Shown one piece after another: positions 62,881 to 64,000 of a stretch of DNA of 64,000 bases. Below the pieces are notes generated by a model that saw only the letters and a list, made by a program, of their open reading frames with translations, was not told the origin of the DNA and did no database searches. Position numbers and translations under genes: made by a program. Every line of letters starts with the position of its first letter. The first letter of the stretch is position 1. The DNA is from an uncultured Candidatus Saccharibacteria bacterium (GTDB lineage Bacteria; Patescibacteriota; Minisyncoccia; Phycocordibacterales; UBA9973), in contig CAZYIA010000003.1 of NCBI GenBank assembly GCA_964646765.1, forward strand, positions 130,815 through 194,814. The letters are read 5' to 3'.

Positions 62881-64000
62881 ATGAATCCTGGAGAAAAATT
62901 TGGAGGAGGCGAGCCACCACTTGAAAATCTTTCTTCGTGGCAGAGAAAAAGTCACTATGAGCGGCTTGGTATATCACCAGAAGCATCAAAAGAGGAAGCA
63001 AAAAAGGCATACCGCAAACTTACTTTAAAATACCATCCAGACAGAGTTTCCCAATTAAAGAATGAGAATCTTTCTAAAAATTATGAAGAAGTATATAAGC
63101 TAATCTCAGAAGCTTATGAAGCTGTTGAGAATGGAACAGCTTCTACCTATTCTCGTACAGAAACTACCCACACAACAAATACAGGAGGATTTAATAAACA
63201 GAACACTTCTGAAAAAACTACATCAAGTGAACCAGGGAATAAGAAAAAGCCTTGGGATTTTGAGGATAATTCTCAAGAAAATTTTGGAGGTAGTACCTGG
63301 GAAGAAGTTTGGGAAAATATAAAAAATGGCAAAAATCCTTTTGGAAAAAGAGACTTTTCAAAGGAAAAGAAAACTGAATCCGATTTCTCTAATCAAGGAA
63401 GAGACTATTCAAATTTTAATTACTCTAGGAAGCAGGAACAAAAAGTTTTTAATGAACAAGAAGAAATTAATAATTTTGTTAACTACGCGAAGCAAAACAG
63501 TTCATACGAATTTCAAATTGCTGGAATTCGTGAAAAACTGGAAGATCTGATGAAACAGGGAGTAAGTAAAGAAAAGCTCCTTAATGCTGTCAAACAACAT
63601 ATTTTTCTTAACTTCAGAAGTCATACAGAAAAAAACAGTTCATACGAATTTCAAATTGAGTCTGTGCAACAACATATGGGAGAGCTTATCCGACTGGGAT
63701 ATAAAAAAGAAGAACTTCTTGCTCATGTCGAACCAGTGGTAACCGCAAACTTTGTGTCGTTTGTTCAAAAAAATAGTTCCTACGATTTTCAAATCGAAGG
63801 TGTTGCGACTCATTTGAATGCACTGACCTTACTTGGTTTATCCAAAGAAAAGCTGCTTCAAAAAATTCAACCAATATTGCTTTCCGAGTTTGAGAAATTT
63901 ACTCAAAAAAATAGTAGTTATACTTTTCAACTGGAGGGGGTCACACAATTTCTTGAAGCTTTGGCCCGGTTGGGGATAGATAGACGGACCTTAAGTGGGA
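62881..64000 (+). CDS. J-domain (DnaJ-like) protein with C-terminal 44-46-aa tandem repeats; 3' end runs past the window
   Basis: Read directly: ATG 62881, open to the window end, and not in the ORF track. J-domain YERLGISPEASKEEAKKAYRKLTLKYHPDR. There are at least 4 repeats of the QKNSSYEFQIEGV...LGxSKEKLL type. Confidence 0.55.
   Translation, partial: MNPGEKFGGGEPPLENLSSWQRKSHYERLGISPEASKEEAKKAYRKLTLKYHPDRVSQLKNENLSKNYEEVYKLISEAYEAVENGTASTYSRTETTHTTNTGGFNKQNTSEKTTSSEPGNKKKPWDFEDNSQENFGGSTWEEVWENIKNGKNPFGKRDFSKEKKTESDFSNQGRDYSNFNYSRKQEQKVFNEQEEINNFVNYAKQNSSYEFQIAGIREKLEDLMKQGVSKEKLLNAVKQHIFLNFRSHTEKNSSYEFQIESVQQHMGELIRLGYKKEELLAHVEPVVTANFVSFVQKNSSYDFQIEGVATHLNALTLLGLSKEKLLQKIQPILLSEFEKFTQKNSSYTFQLEGVTQFLEALARLGIDRRTLSG
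63466..64000 (+). repeat. Intragenic tandem repeats (~132-138 nt period) within the J-domain protein gene
   Basis: AACAGTTCATACGAATTTCAAATTG occurs twice about 132 nt apart. Diverged copies (AATAGTTCCTACGATTTTCAAATCGAAGG and AATAGTAGTTATACTTTTCAACTGGAGGG) follow at about 138 nt spacing. Confidence 0.5.

Noticed and set aside
1-64000. CRISPR arrays, IS elements or transposases
   Set aside because: No regularly spaced direct repeats were found. The only tandem repeats are intragenic (the J-protein gene and the surface-protein low complexity). No DDE or serine recombinase motifs were noticed.

Overview
This is a compact, gene-dense bacterial window of about 45% GC with short or overlapping intergenic gaps. 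Most of it is housekeeping genes: ileS, glyQS, metG, pheST, thrS, dnaE, gyrB, recA, ftsK, efp, recO, rnhB, rnc, smc, the rpsF-ssb-rpsR operon, rpmF, tatD, suhB-like, murC-like and ilvE-like. A partial RNase P RNA 3' end sits at the window start. Several features suggest a reduced-genome, symbiont-type lineage, Candidate Phyla Radiation / Patescibacteria-like (inference only): truncated aaRS architectures (PheS 232 aa, PheT 602 aa, ThrRS 579 aa), many small membrane or secreted hypothetical proteins, unusual domain fusions, and frequent leaderless-looking gene starts. No rRNA, tRNA, CRISPR array or transposase is evident. The most notable items are: (1) two tandem paralogous secreted proteins (43643-48041) ending in phage tail-fibre/endosialidase-type intramolecular chaperone (Peptidase_S74-like) domains, in a non-prophage context; (2) a histidine-phosphatase (PGM-family RHG) domain inserted in-frame inside IleS; (3) a NusB-Nudix fusion in an rpmF-nusB-rnc-smc cluster; (4) a UvrD-like helicase fused to a Cas4/AddB-like Fe-S PD-(D/E)XK nuclease; (5) a recurring -10 hexamer placed 6-9 nt before the start codon, suggesting leaderless mRNAs, including a divergent pair driving a 40-aa micro-membrane protein; (6) a strong sigma70-type promoter plus structured leader upstream of rpsF; (7) a cell-surface locus with a 1131-aa PG-binding Ser/Thr-rich protein, a lamin-tail/PKD protein and several small membrane proteins; and (8) a J-domain protein with 44-46-aa tandem repeats at the 3' edge.
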